A stretch of DNA of 64,000 nt. Source: Eledone cirrhosa. Lineage: Eukaryota. The stretch is from positions 36,642,001-36,706,000 of the forward strand of contig OZ024750.1 of NCBI GenBank assembly GCA_964016885.1, given 5' to 3'. The notes below the pieces were generated by a model. The model ran no database searches. It saw only the letters and a list, made by a program, of their open reading frames with translations, and was not told the origin of the DNA. Positions 11,785 through 22,819 of the stretch are shown here, in pieces (within the stretch, counting starts at the first letter, position 1; every line of letters starts with the position of its first letter). Made by a program: the position numbers and the translations under genes.

Positions 11785-11972
11785 GGGCAGCGGATTGGCA
11801 GTATCAGTAGAGGGTTGGACACCATGCTTTGCAGCAAAGAGTTACGGTCCTTTATGGTCTGAGTTCAAATCCTGCCGAGGTTAACTTTGCCTTTCATCCT
11901 TACGGGATCGATAAAATAAAGTACCAGTAATACACTGGGATAATGCTGGCCTTTTGCCAAAAGTAGAAACAA
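11785..11972 (+). mobile_element. SINE family A
   Basis: Consensus match. Confidence 0.85.
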
Positions 11973-12011
11973 TTAAAATTATTTATGTGAACTCCTTCTA
12001 AAGACATAAAA

Positions 12012-12766
12012 TCTCTATATATAAAACTGAGGATGTCTGTCTCTGTGTGTGTGTGAGTTTGAATCCCTAAAACTAGAGAACCACCCAAAGTTTTCAAACT
12101 TTACACATATAATACTTATGTGTCAGGGAGTGTTCTGAGCAAAAAGATTTCAAATTTTCAATGCCCTAGGGACCGCATGGCGATTTAGCGATCTCTCTCT
12201 ATAATTCTTAGTCTTTCTCTTTTTAGATAGATACATACATATAACGTCGCGCCCTTATAATTATTTCTACATTAGGCACAAGGCCAGCAATTACCCAGTG
12301 TATTACTGGTACTTTATTTTATTGACCCCGTAAGGATGAAAGGCAAAGTTAACCTCGGCGAGATTTGAACTCAGAATGGCAAGGGCCGTAACTCTATGTG
12401 TCAAAGCATGGCGTCCGACCCTCTACCGATACCTGTCTGTATGTCTGGCTGTCTACATTACGTCACTTCCTACAATTCGCTCTGCGTCCAGAATGCGCCC
12501 TTATAATATCTGTCTGTATGTCTGGCTGTCTGTTGCCTCCGGTTATTCTGCCACCCTTGCTCAAGACAATTCTCACACTCATTCCCCAAACAGTTGGTAA
12601 GTGCACACAACTTCTTCCTCATATTTTAAGCCACAGTGTTGCTTACTTATATACCACCAGGCCCTTACTTCTTTGCCAGCCGTGGTTGTGGCAATACTAA
12701 GCTTAGCTAAGGAGGTTATATATTTTACAATACCTTATCCCGTGCAACGCCGCGTACCACTGATAG
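12012..12766 (+). mobile_element. Non-autonomous Helitron with a nested SINE A (12259-12432, minus)
   Basis: A|TC start, family head, 3' cccgtgcaacgccgcg hairpin and atag|T. Confidence 0.75.
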
Positions 12767-12950
12767 TATGTTATAAAGATTTAATTCTTGCTTCTGGATA
12801 GAATATTACTGAATTCTACATTGCCTGTGGAGATATAAAAGATACAGAAGCGAAAACCAACCAAACATTGAGTGTGTTCTGTTATTATTTCTGGCAATAT
12901 TATTACAACAATATGATCCTCCCCAAGTATAACAATATATATATATATAA

Positions 12951-13141
12951 TAATTGTTTCCACTTTAGGCACAAGGCCAGCAATTACCCAGTGCATTACT
13001 GGTACTTTATTTTATCGACCCCGTAAGGATGAAATGAAAGGCAAAGTCAACCTCGGCGGGATTTGAACTCAGATCGTAAAGGGACGTAACTATGTTGGAA
13101 AGCATGGCGTCCGACCCTCTACTGATACTGCCAATCCACCA
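12951..13141 (-). mobile_element. SINE family A
   Basis: Consensus match. Confidence 0.85.
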
Positions 13142-13154
13142 CCATATATATATT

Positions 13155-13482
13155 CATATCATTTTACGTCCACTTTTCCATGCTTGCAAGGGTGGGACGG
13201 GAACTGATTCTGGCTTGATTTCTACAGCTGGATGCCCTTCCTAACACCAACCTCATTTACAGTGAGTACTGGGTGCTTTTTTGCCGTGGCACCTCCACGA
13301 CCACTTTGCAGTGGAATGATATGGACTCCAGTACTATCATCTCATTTCTACAGCTGAGTAAACTGGAGCAATGTGAAATAAAGTGTCTTGCTCAAGGAAA
13401 CAACACATCACCCGGTCTGAGAATTGAACTCACAACCTTTCGATTGCAAGGCCAATGCTCTAACCACTAAGCCATGTGCCTC
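13155..13482 (-). mobile_element. SINE family B
   Basis: Consensus match. Confidence 0.85.
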
Positions 13483-13531
13483 TATATATATATATATATA
13501 CAAACGTTGATGATGATGATGATGATGATGA

Positions 13532-13571
<40 letters not shown>

Positions 13572-13575
<4 letters not shown>

Positions 13576-14818
13576 TCATCATCATCATCAACGTTTAACG
13601 TCCGTGTTCCACGCTTGCATGGGTTTGGACGGGGGTAGTCCCACTTGAGGCAAGAGTGATTGTCTTGCTCGCATAGGACTGTCTGGCAGGTTTTCTACAG
13701 TTGGATGCCCTTCCTAACACCAACCACATTTACAGTGTGGGTCTGGGAGGTTTTTACCGTGTTGCCTACACGGCCACATTACAGCGTGGACTGTGTGTTT
13801 TTTTGTCGTGACACCTACACGATCTCATTTGTTTCGGCCTGGATGGTGTGGCACCAACACAACTTTACATAGAACGGGGTGGCGTGGATGGGGCGGGGGG
13901 GGGGGGGGGGATTTTGTTAGAGATGCCTACTGGCTGTAGTAGGTTTTACTATGTATTTAGGTAAGGCGGGTCTTCTCTGTTACTGAGTACCGCCAAAGGT
14001 CTCGGTCCAGTGAGATTGTCTTGGAGAGGTGTAAGTGTGTGAGGTCGGAGTTTATCAGCTCGTCCCAGTTTTTTCTAGGTCTGCTTATTCCGTGGCTACC
14101 GTCTATCTTTATTGCCCTGCACTTTGTTATACAGCTATCGACTTTCATGCGCATCACGTGTCCATACCAACGTAGCCTTCTCTCGAGTAAACAACATCTG
14201 ATCCCTCTTATTTCTAATGTTTTCCTTAGTTCATTTATGCTTTGCCGTTCACGTATATTACTGTTACACATCCAGCGGAGCATGCAAGCTTCGTTCCTCT
14301 CTAGTCTGCGTATATCCTCTGCACACAATGCCCAGGTCTCACTGCCATGCAACATTGCTGTTCGTATGCAGGCATCGTACAACCTGCCTTTCATTTTTAG
14401 GGAGAACCCTTTAGCAGCTAATAGTGGTATAAGCTCTCTGAACTTTTTCCAACCAGTTCTGACTCTAGCTACTGTACTTTCAGAGCACCCTCCCCCACTG
14501 CTGATTTTATCACCCAGGTAACGGAAACTGTCCATTATTTCTATAGAACCCTCTGCGCAATTGAAAGAGCTAGTATTTTGTGGGCACTTGCTGCTACTTA
14601 TTGCACCAGAGCACGGGCCACATGTAAAATCTATGTTCTTAGTTAGCTTACCTGTGATCCCACTACATCTTTTATGCACCCATACTTTGCATTTAGGACA
14701 TAAAATGGAGTTTCTACCTACGCCTTTCCTACACACCGAGCACGACCATTTCCCAGAAGGGACCGCCGCCTTATTTTCTTTCCTACAAACTAGAACTTTA
14801 GTCTTAGCCAGGTTAATT
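13572..14818 (-). mobile_element. 5'-truncated RTE-clade LINE (subfamily 1): RT C-terminal part, 3'UTR and (GAT)n tail
   Basis: ORF 13957-14895 has NLAKTKVL, FRYLGD, LHGSETW and RRLRWYGHVMR motifs; flanked by (TA)n. Confidence 0.9.
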
Positions 14819-14841
14819 TTTATATATATATATATATATAT

Positions 14842-15021
14842 ATAATACAAGGACAAGCCTTCATTATGTTTATTGATAGGTGATGCGTGTTTCACTATTG
14901 ATCAGCTCAAGGTTTGATCTGTACTTGGCCCAACTCTGGAATCAAAAGCTCTTCGGACTTCTGCTGTTGTAATGACAATCAATAAACCTAATGAAGGCTT
15001 AACAAATCGTCCTTGTATTAT
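14842..15021. repeat. Short element with ~35-bp terminal inverted arms and a hammerhead-like relic on the minus strand
   Basis: ataatacaaggac-aagccttcattatgtttattgat versus atcaataaacctaatgaaggctt-(8 nt)-gtccttgtattat; minus strand CTGATCA..GAAAcacgcaTC at ~14878-14912. Confidence 0.6.
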
Positions 15022-15046
15022 TATATGTTGGTTGTGGTGGTAGTAG

Positions 15047-15634
15047 GGCGGTGGATTGGCAGTATCGGTAGAGGGTCGGACGCCATGCTTTCCAGCATAA
15101 TTACGTCCCTTTACAATCTGAGTTCAAATCCCGCCGAGGTTGACTTTACCTTTCATCCTTACGGGGTCGATAAAATAAAGTACCAGTAATGCACTGGGTA
15201 ATTGCTGGCCTTGTGGCTAAAGTAGAAACAATTATTATATTTTGGTTGATTGGCAGTATCGGTAGAGAGTCGGACACTATGCTTTGCAGCATAGAGTTAC
15301 AGCCCTTTATGATCTGAGTTCAAATCCTGCCGAGGTTAACTTTGCCTTTCATCCTTACGGGGTCGATAAAATAAAGCACCAGTAATGTACTGGGGTCGAT
15401 TTAATCGACCTCCCCCACCCCAAATTGCTGGCTTTGTGCCTATACTAGAAACCATTGGCAGTATCAGTAGAGGGTTGGACGCCATGCTTTCCAGCATAGT
15501 TACGTCCCTTTACGATCTGAGTTCAAATCCCGCCGAGGTTGATTTTGCCTTTCATTCTTACAGGGTCAATAAAATAAAAGTACCAGTAATGCACTGAGTA
15601 ATTGCTGGCCTTGTGCCTAAAGTAGAAACAATTA
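15047..15634 (+). mobile_element. Three tandem SINE A copies
   Basis: Three ttggcagtatc...agaaac units. Confidence 0.85.
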
Positions 15635-15917
15635 TTATATTTACACTATGTTTAGCTCTACATCTTGCTACAGACGTGAACCTAAACATTGAGTGCTCAC
15701 CTGGGTGAACCTACAGTAACTTCACGTTACACTCCCTGGATATATATGTGTGTGTGTATATGTGTGAAGTGCATATATATGTGTATGTGTGAGAGTGTAT
15801 ATATGTGCGTGTGTATATATATATGTGTGTGTGTGTGTGAGAGTGTATATATGTATGTGTGAGTGTGTGTGTATGGGGTACTATGTATATATATATATAT
15901 ATGTCTGTTTGTGTAAG

Positions 15918-15992
15918 GAAAGTCATGATGATTTCAACTGAATGAAACAGATCTAGTCCTGTAGAAATCATTTTTGTATGAAATACATTCTA
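15918..15992 (+). ncRNA. Degenerate hammerhead motif, family H2
   Basis: aTGATGA-tttcaactgaat-GAAA-cag atctagtc ctg-TA-gaaatc; first core C mutated. Confidence 0.45.
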
Positions 15993-16109
15993 TATGTTTT
16001 GTATGTGTGTGTCAGTATCTGTGTGAGAATAGAGTTGTATATGTGTAAGGGTGTGAGTGGGGTTGTGTATATATATATATGCATGTGACTGGATGGAATA
16101 GGGGAATTT

Positions 16110-16266
16110 TGGTTGTTTGTTCTATCTGTGCGTGTCTGATTTGTTTTGTTAGTTTGGTTTTTGTGTGTATCTGTATGTCTTCATTTTGTCCTTAATTACT
16201 AGTTATGATGTTGCTTTCCACACGTTTCCTGTTTAATTTTGGTTAGGGTTTGTTTATGTCTGTCGC
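16110..16266 (-). mobile_element. Inverted copy of the Penelope element 3' end (inverted pLTR)
   Basis: Reverse complement aligns with 18181-18300 (gcgacaRacataaac...caacatca...atcagacac...aaacaacc). Confidence 0.7.
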
Positions 16267-16269
16267 ACA

Positions 16270-18350
16270 ATTTACATTAGCCAGAACTAAACTTAAAAAG
16301 ATTCTAGAACAGCATATCAGGAAACAGAATAGAATGTAGGCCCAGCAGCTGGGGTAAAAATCCGCAAATGGCTTGCATAAACTCATGCAGCACACATGAA
16401 ATGGAGAGATTGTATGCTTTCCAACAGACAAAGCTGGCAGAATGTCAGTTGACAGCCTACCAAACTATATCCAGGCAATGAATGCAACTCCACATCATCA
16501 ACACAAGAGCATGAGGAAAGGGATAAAAGCCCCCAACACTCATATGATGATGTGGACTGGCATAATGCAGCCTAATAAACGGACTGCCAACAAATTCCAT
16601 GCCCGGAACAATGCTGTATGGGTCGCAAAGACCACAAGACAAATAGCCACCCACTCACAGGACCACCAACACGGCCAGGCTGTGGAGCTAACATTGCTAG
16701 CAACTACAGACTCTCCTACTTCCCCTCCCTGATCAAATGCCCTATCATCGAAATGTCCCCAGATATATGTGACAGCACAGAGGACCTCCTCAGCATAATC
16801 AGTGAATGCAACCTGTCTAGGGACCTATACAATAGGAAGCAAGGATGTAGTGTCCCTATACCTATCCATTGACATTGATTTTGCTGTGGAAAAATGCATA
16901 GAAATGATCAGCAAGAGCGATGTAGATTTCCGTGGGATACCAGTGAGCTGGGACTCCTACTTAAACTCACAGCAGCCTCTGCTTAACAAGGCCAAAAAGA
17001 GGCAGACCACCTACCAAGAGGAGGGGGCAGCCATTGGCGTTAGCAGGTGACATAGCTATTTCCTGGATGCTTTCCATGGTGTTCTTCTCTAATTCCTGAC
17101 AGAAGACTTAAGGAACAATGAGACAACAATTTTGTAACTCTGACTATGTAGTCCCTCTACTTAGATGACATAAACATCATAGTAAAAAACACCCCCACAG
17201 GAGGCAATCAAGAATTAGAAAAGAACACCATCCACCAGAGTATTAAAGTTACTATAGTCTACCCAACTAAAGACTCCCAACCATAGATTACCCGTACTAG
17301 ACATTGAACTTTAGTTGGAAACTATTAGTAATAGAACGCAAATCCTCCATTCGCATTATGCTAAACCGATGACCTCCAAGTACCTGATCCTCTGAAACTC
17401 AGCTGTTTCAGATCACATAAAAATCAATATACTAATTGCGGACTTAGTAAGAGTGATGAGGTACGTGTCCCGCTTGTGCAACCCCAAAGCATTAGAGAGA
17501 CACATACAACACTTCATCCACCACATGCAGTTCTCTGGTTACAATCAGAGAGACAAGATCAGGGTATATAAAGGAGCTAGAACCAAATGGGCAAAGATTG
17601 TAGAAAATGATGCAAGTGGGACTTGCCCCATGTATAGGAGCACATTTTTGAACAGAATAGAAAGGATTAGGAATAAGGCAAATAAAATAAATTCATGGTA
17701 TGATAGAAATAAATACCAGTGTAATGTTCATCAATACAACCCCTAGAGGAGAACTAGCTTACAGATTTAGAAGGGCATTAGACAAGCTCAAATTAAATAT
17801 GAAGATAGTTGAAAGACCAGGTATTCCCATAAAAACGCTAATTAGCAAAACATATCCATTTCAAAGAACTCCTTGTGCTGATAGGAAATGCATAGACTGC
17901 AAGCTAAGCCCGCAAACTAACTGCAAAAATAGGAACATAGTATATAACATGAGATGTACTGGGGGACAGTGTTGGAATAAGAACATAACATACATAGGTG
18001 AAACAGCCCGCAGCATAGGAGAAAGGATAAATGAACACTGGCGAGAACTCCAATATGGGATCAAAACTTATCAGTACTCCACCAACATGCCAAAATAGAA
18101 CATAGGGGACATTAGAGAACATAGAGATAAAAATTATGTCCATACACAGAAAAGATGCAATGCTCAGACAAATCACAGAGGCGACAAACATAAACGAACT
18201 CCAACCAAAATTAGAAAGAAAACGTGAGTGGAAAAGCAACATCACAAAAAGACCAAACCAGCAAAACTGATCAGACACACACAGAGACACCAAACAACCA
18301 ACTAGTGACAAATAAATATACACATAAATAAAAACACACACAACACACAA
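16270..18350 (+). mobile_element. Penelope-like retroelement, degenerate RT + GIY-YIG endonuclease
   Basis: Frameshifted motifs IVCFPTDKAG, DVVSLY, YQEEGAAIG, YLDD (17158-17169), LPVLD, YAKP; GIY-YIG NIVYNMRC..C..YIGETARSIGERINEH. Confidence 0.9.
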
Positions 18351-18362
18351 AAACAAGATGTA

Positions 18363-18680
18363 TCATATAACTGGCCTTCCGTTTGTAGGGAGAAACCCTT
18401 CTTTGTCAACAGAGGAAGCAGCTCCCTAAACTTCTTCCTACCCGTCCTCTATGGCATCAGAGCACCCTCCTCCCTTGCTAATCTGATCACCTAGGTATCG
18501 GAAGCTATCAACCACCTCTATAGATCCTACCTGTATTTGAAAAATGTGTCTATCACCTCCACTTCTACTGTCAAATTTCCCTGAACATCTACTGCATATA
18601 TAGTTTTCCCTACCTGTTAGTTTACCTGCTATGCCACTATACCTCTTGTGTACCCAAGATCTGCATTGTGTACATTCTAT
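18363..18680 (-). mobile_element. RTE LINE internal fragment
   Basis: CTQCRSWVHKR...SFRYLGDQISKGGGCS; nearly identical to ~60975-61255. Confidence 0.85.
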
Positions 18681-19044
18681 ATATATGCATTCATACATAC
18701 TTACATACATACATATATGTACATGCACATATATCTATGTTTGTCTATATTGCATGTTGATTGTTCTTTTCTTTCATTTGCACCAAACCTGTACATATGT
18801 GTATAAATGTGTGTGTGTGTGTGTGATGGGGAAGTTTGTGTATACTGTATAAATATATGAATTGCAATAAGAATAGGCTTGAAACTTCTATATTAAAAAC
18901 AATGTCAGATTGTTTTCATGGAAATGAATTCTTCAAATAAATATTAAAGGGAAAATATTCAATATAACAATATAAAACATTTCTAAAGGAATATTTCCAT
19001 CATTCTGTTAAATAATGAAAATATGACTTTGGGTTTACCACAGC

Positions 19045-19330
19045 AACTGGATGGGAGAAGGTAGGTACTTAAATAAAACTCTAACAATTAAAGGGGAAGG
19101 TAGTTACTTAAATAAGACTACAACTAGAGGGAGAATGTAGTTATTTGAATAAGACTAACAACTACAGGGGAAGGTAGCTACTTAAATCTAACAACTAGAG
19201 AGGAGAGAGTAGCTGCCTACTAACAACTAGATGAGGTAAGTAGCTACTTAAATAAGAGTAACAACTAGAGGGTAGCTGTCTACATAAGGCAGTAACAACT
19301 ACAAGGAAGAAGGTAGCTATTTGAATAATC
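19045..19330. repeat. Degenerate ~36-bp minisatellite
   Basis: Repeated aacaactagagggaaggtagctacttaaataagact. Confidence 0.75.
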
Positions 19331-19744
19331 CTATATATATATCTAGCTGGGAAGTAAAACAGCTTTAAAGGAGACACTCGTTTGTGTACCATATTTCTTT
19401 GGAAATTCAAGCCTCCAGAAAAATGTCTTTGAGAAAATAAACTAGAAATAAATGAATAGAAAATCAATTTTATCTTTTAAGCTTTTCTTAGAGTCATCTC
19501 AGTTGTATATGCCTTGCTATCACAAATAGATTAGAGTGTCAGGGAGGTAGCTACTATGCATGGATTGGGTTCAGAGAACTGGCATATATTAGGTCATTTC
19601 TCAATAAATCAAGAGGACAAGATACCTTTGTATTATATTGATTTTAGAGTCAAGTAAAAAAAAAAGCATCAAAACATGCAGCTATATGAGTGTACATGTT
19701 TAAACAACTGTGTCATATGCAGCCAAAGCACATTATTAACAGCA

Positions 19745-19850
19745 CCCTGCCAAGGTTAACTTTGCCTTTCATCCTTACAGGGTCGATAAAATAAAGTACC
19801 AGTAATACACTGGAATAATTGTTGGCCTTGTGGCAAAAGTAGAAACAATT
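19745..19850 (+). mobile_element. SINE A 3' half
   Basis: Consensus match from ctgccaaggttaac onward. Confidence 0.75.
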
Positions 19851-19954
19851 ATTATCAGCAGACTTATTACATACGCAAACATGTGTGGCTATGTATATAT
19901 TCTTAGTAACATATTTGATATATGTATATAAATGTGATATATATATATGCATAT

Positions 19955-20827
19955 ATCATCATCATCATCATCATCGTTTAACGTTCGTGTTCCACGCTTG
20001 CATGGGTTTGGACGGGGGGTTTTCCCACTTGAGGCAAGAGTGATTATCTTGCTCGCATAGGACTGTCTGGCGGGTTTTCTACAGCTGGATGCCCTTCCTA
20101 ACACCAACCACATTTACAGTGTGGGGCTGGGAGGTTTTTACCGTGTTGCCTACACGGCCACATTACAGCGTGGACTGTCTGGCAGGTTTTCTACAGCTGG
20201 ATGCCCTTCCTAACACCAACCACATTTACAGTGTGGGGCTGGGAGGTTTTTACCGTGTTGCCTACACGGCCACATTACAGCGTGGACTGTGTGTTTTTTT
20301 GTCGTGACACCTACACGATCTCATTTGTTTCGGCCTGGATGGTGTGGCACCAACATAACTTTACATAGAAGGGGACGGTGTGGATGGGGTGGGGGTGGTG
20401 GGACGGGGGTGTATTTTGTTAGAGATGCCTACTGACTGTAGTAGGTTTTACTTTGTATTTAGGTAAGGCGGGTCTTCTCTATTACTGAGTACCGCCAAAG
20501 GTCTCGGTCCAGTGACATTGTCTTGGTGAGGTGTAAGTATGTGAGGTCGGAGTTTATCAGCTCGTCCCAGGTTTTTCTGGGTCTGCCTATTCCGTGGCTA
20601 CCGTCTATCTTTATTGCCCTGCACTTTGTTATACAGCTGTTGTCTTTCATGCGCATCACGTGACCATATCAACGTAGCCTTCTCTCAAGTAAACAACATC
20701 TGATCCCTCTTATTTCTAATTTTTTCCTTAGTTCGCTTATGCTTTGCCGTTCACGTATGTTACTATTACACATCCAGCGGAGCATGCAAGCTTCGTTCCT
20801 CTCTAGTCTGCGTATATCCTCTGCACA
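19955..20827 (-). mobile_element. 5'-truncated RTE LINE (subfamily 1) with a ~117-bp duplication in the 3'UTR
   Basis: Matches 13572-14325; ORF ends ...EKTRLT*. Confidence 0.9.
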
Positions 20828-20855
20828 TATATATATATGTATATATATATGTATG

Positions 20856-20908
<53 letters not shown>

Positions 20909-21394
20909 TTTGTTTTTAGTCCTGCAGGATGTCCAAAGTCACCATCCTCACCAAGAAACCTTGGTGGGGTTGCCAGTTTAGTCGCCAACGACCCGACCAT
21001 GAGACAGGTTGTACTGGGATACATGTTACCAGTAGCACCAACTGGTGACCTGACAAAACCTGTCAAAGGGCAAAGGAGCTCATAAGAGTCAATGGCCATC
21101 CAAAATCACCGGGAGAGATGTCCCCTTAGCCTTTGTCAAGGCAGAATTCTAGGAGATGGGAAACACTGATATAACACCTGCAACCCTGGTGGTATCCAAT
21201 GATGTTGACTTGTTACATCTCTCTCAGACAATGTCTCTGGACCGAGATCTTTGGCGCTATGCAGTAATACAGAAGATCCGCCTTGCCTATGTACAAAGTG
21301 AAACCTACAGTCATTAGGCACCTCTTAATCAAATATATACCCCAATCTACTACTCCTACCCTATCCTCCCACTCCCACCAACAGCACGAGAAAA

Positions 21395-21662
21395 TGAGAT
21401 CGAGTTTGTGTAGGTGTCACGACAAAAAAAGAACACAGTCCACGCTGTAATGTGGCCATATAGGTAACACGGTAAAAAGTTCCCAGTTCCACACTGTAAA
21501 TGTGGTTGGTGTTAGGAAGGGCATCCAGCCGTAGAAAACCTGCCAGATAGTCCTATATGAGCGAGACACGGTCACCCGACCAGCCTTGCCTCAAGTGGGA
21601 CAACTCCCGTCTAACCCATGCTACCATGGAAGATGGACGTTAAACGAAGATGATGATGATGA
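21395..21662 (+). mobile_element. RTE LINE 3'UTR copy
   Basis: Reverse complement of the subfamily-1-like UTR, with a (gat)n tail. Confidence 0.8.
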
Positions 21663-22095
21663 TTATATGTGTATGTGTGTATATACATATACATAAATAT
21701 AGAGAGAATGAAGAAAATGCGAAGATGTAGATGTTAAAGAGTTCTCTATTAATAAGGCCATGATACATAGTGCAAGGACAATCTTGGTCACTTGATTATT
21801 TAACCAGTATCATGATTTCATTAGACAGCAAAATTGAGGAAAAAGTTAAATATACAATGCAATCCTGGGTGCAAGGGAGCAGAATAAAAAAATGTTTTTG
21901 CTTGAGTTGTCCGCTCCCTAAGCATTTCAGTACTGAGATAGTAACTTAATGTAAGATTTTTATATAAAATTATGCTGGAAGATTTTAATTTAAATTGGAA
22001 ACTTTTAAAATGGATAGTTTTATTTCATAGGAACAGAGCCAGTTTCGGCTGGATTGGTAGCTAAAGGGTTAAGGGGTGAAGTGCAGGAGTCTCAG

Positions 22096-22316
22096 TTAAC
22101 ATTCACATTACTCTATATTTACTATTGTATTTTCACAGTAAAGGCTTTATCTCACATAATTATTTCACATAATATTGAATCTATGAGACTTTGATATCAT
22201 TTATTTTGAGAACAATACCTTAACATAAGTATGAGGAGCTGGTTATGGCCAGTTCGAACAGGAAGAGATGAAAGAATTCTGGCCGGGTACGGCCAGTTTA
22301 AATGCTAAAGAGTTAA
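22096..22316 (+). mobile_element. piggyBac-like MITE
   Basis: TTAA at both ends; right end taaatgctaaagagTTAA. Confidence 0.75.
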
Positions 22317-22819
22317 TAGTGTTTTGCTAACTGGTGTTGGCTCTTGTGAAACCAGAAATTGTTTATTAAACTTTACAAAATCTTTGCACAGTTAACCTAT
22401 TAAAATAGTAACACAACAATTAAATATATAACTAAGCACTAAACATTCATTCTTGAGAAGTCTTGTTAATATCTTAGAACATTCATGAACAAAATATTTC
22501 AGATCTAATTATCAATAGTCCTAACTGTCTTTTGAAATTTACTAAAGCTTTACCAATATTAATGTAATAATAGCTATTAATGCTTAAACTGTTCTGCTAG
22601 TGTAATTAATTTATCAAATGTATTAGCAATTAGATGATAGAAATAGTGTTAAAGCTATCTAATAATTTATCAATTAGATATTATCAATAATTTCTAAATG
22701 AAGCTCTACAGTTATAGAATCTATATTATTCTCAGAATAATTAATGTTTATTAGTGAAACTCTACTTTAATGTGGATTGGGACTGAAACAGGAATTCCTT
22801 GTCAACTTCTTCAACCACT

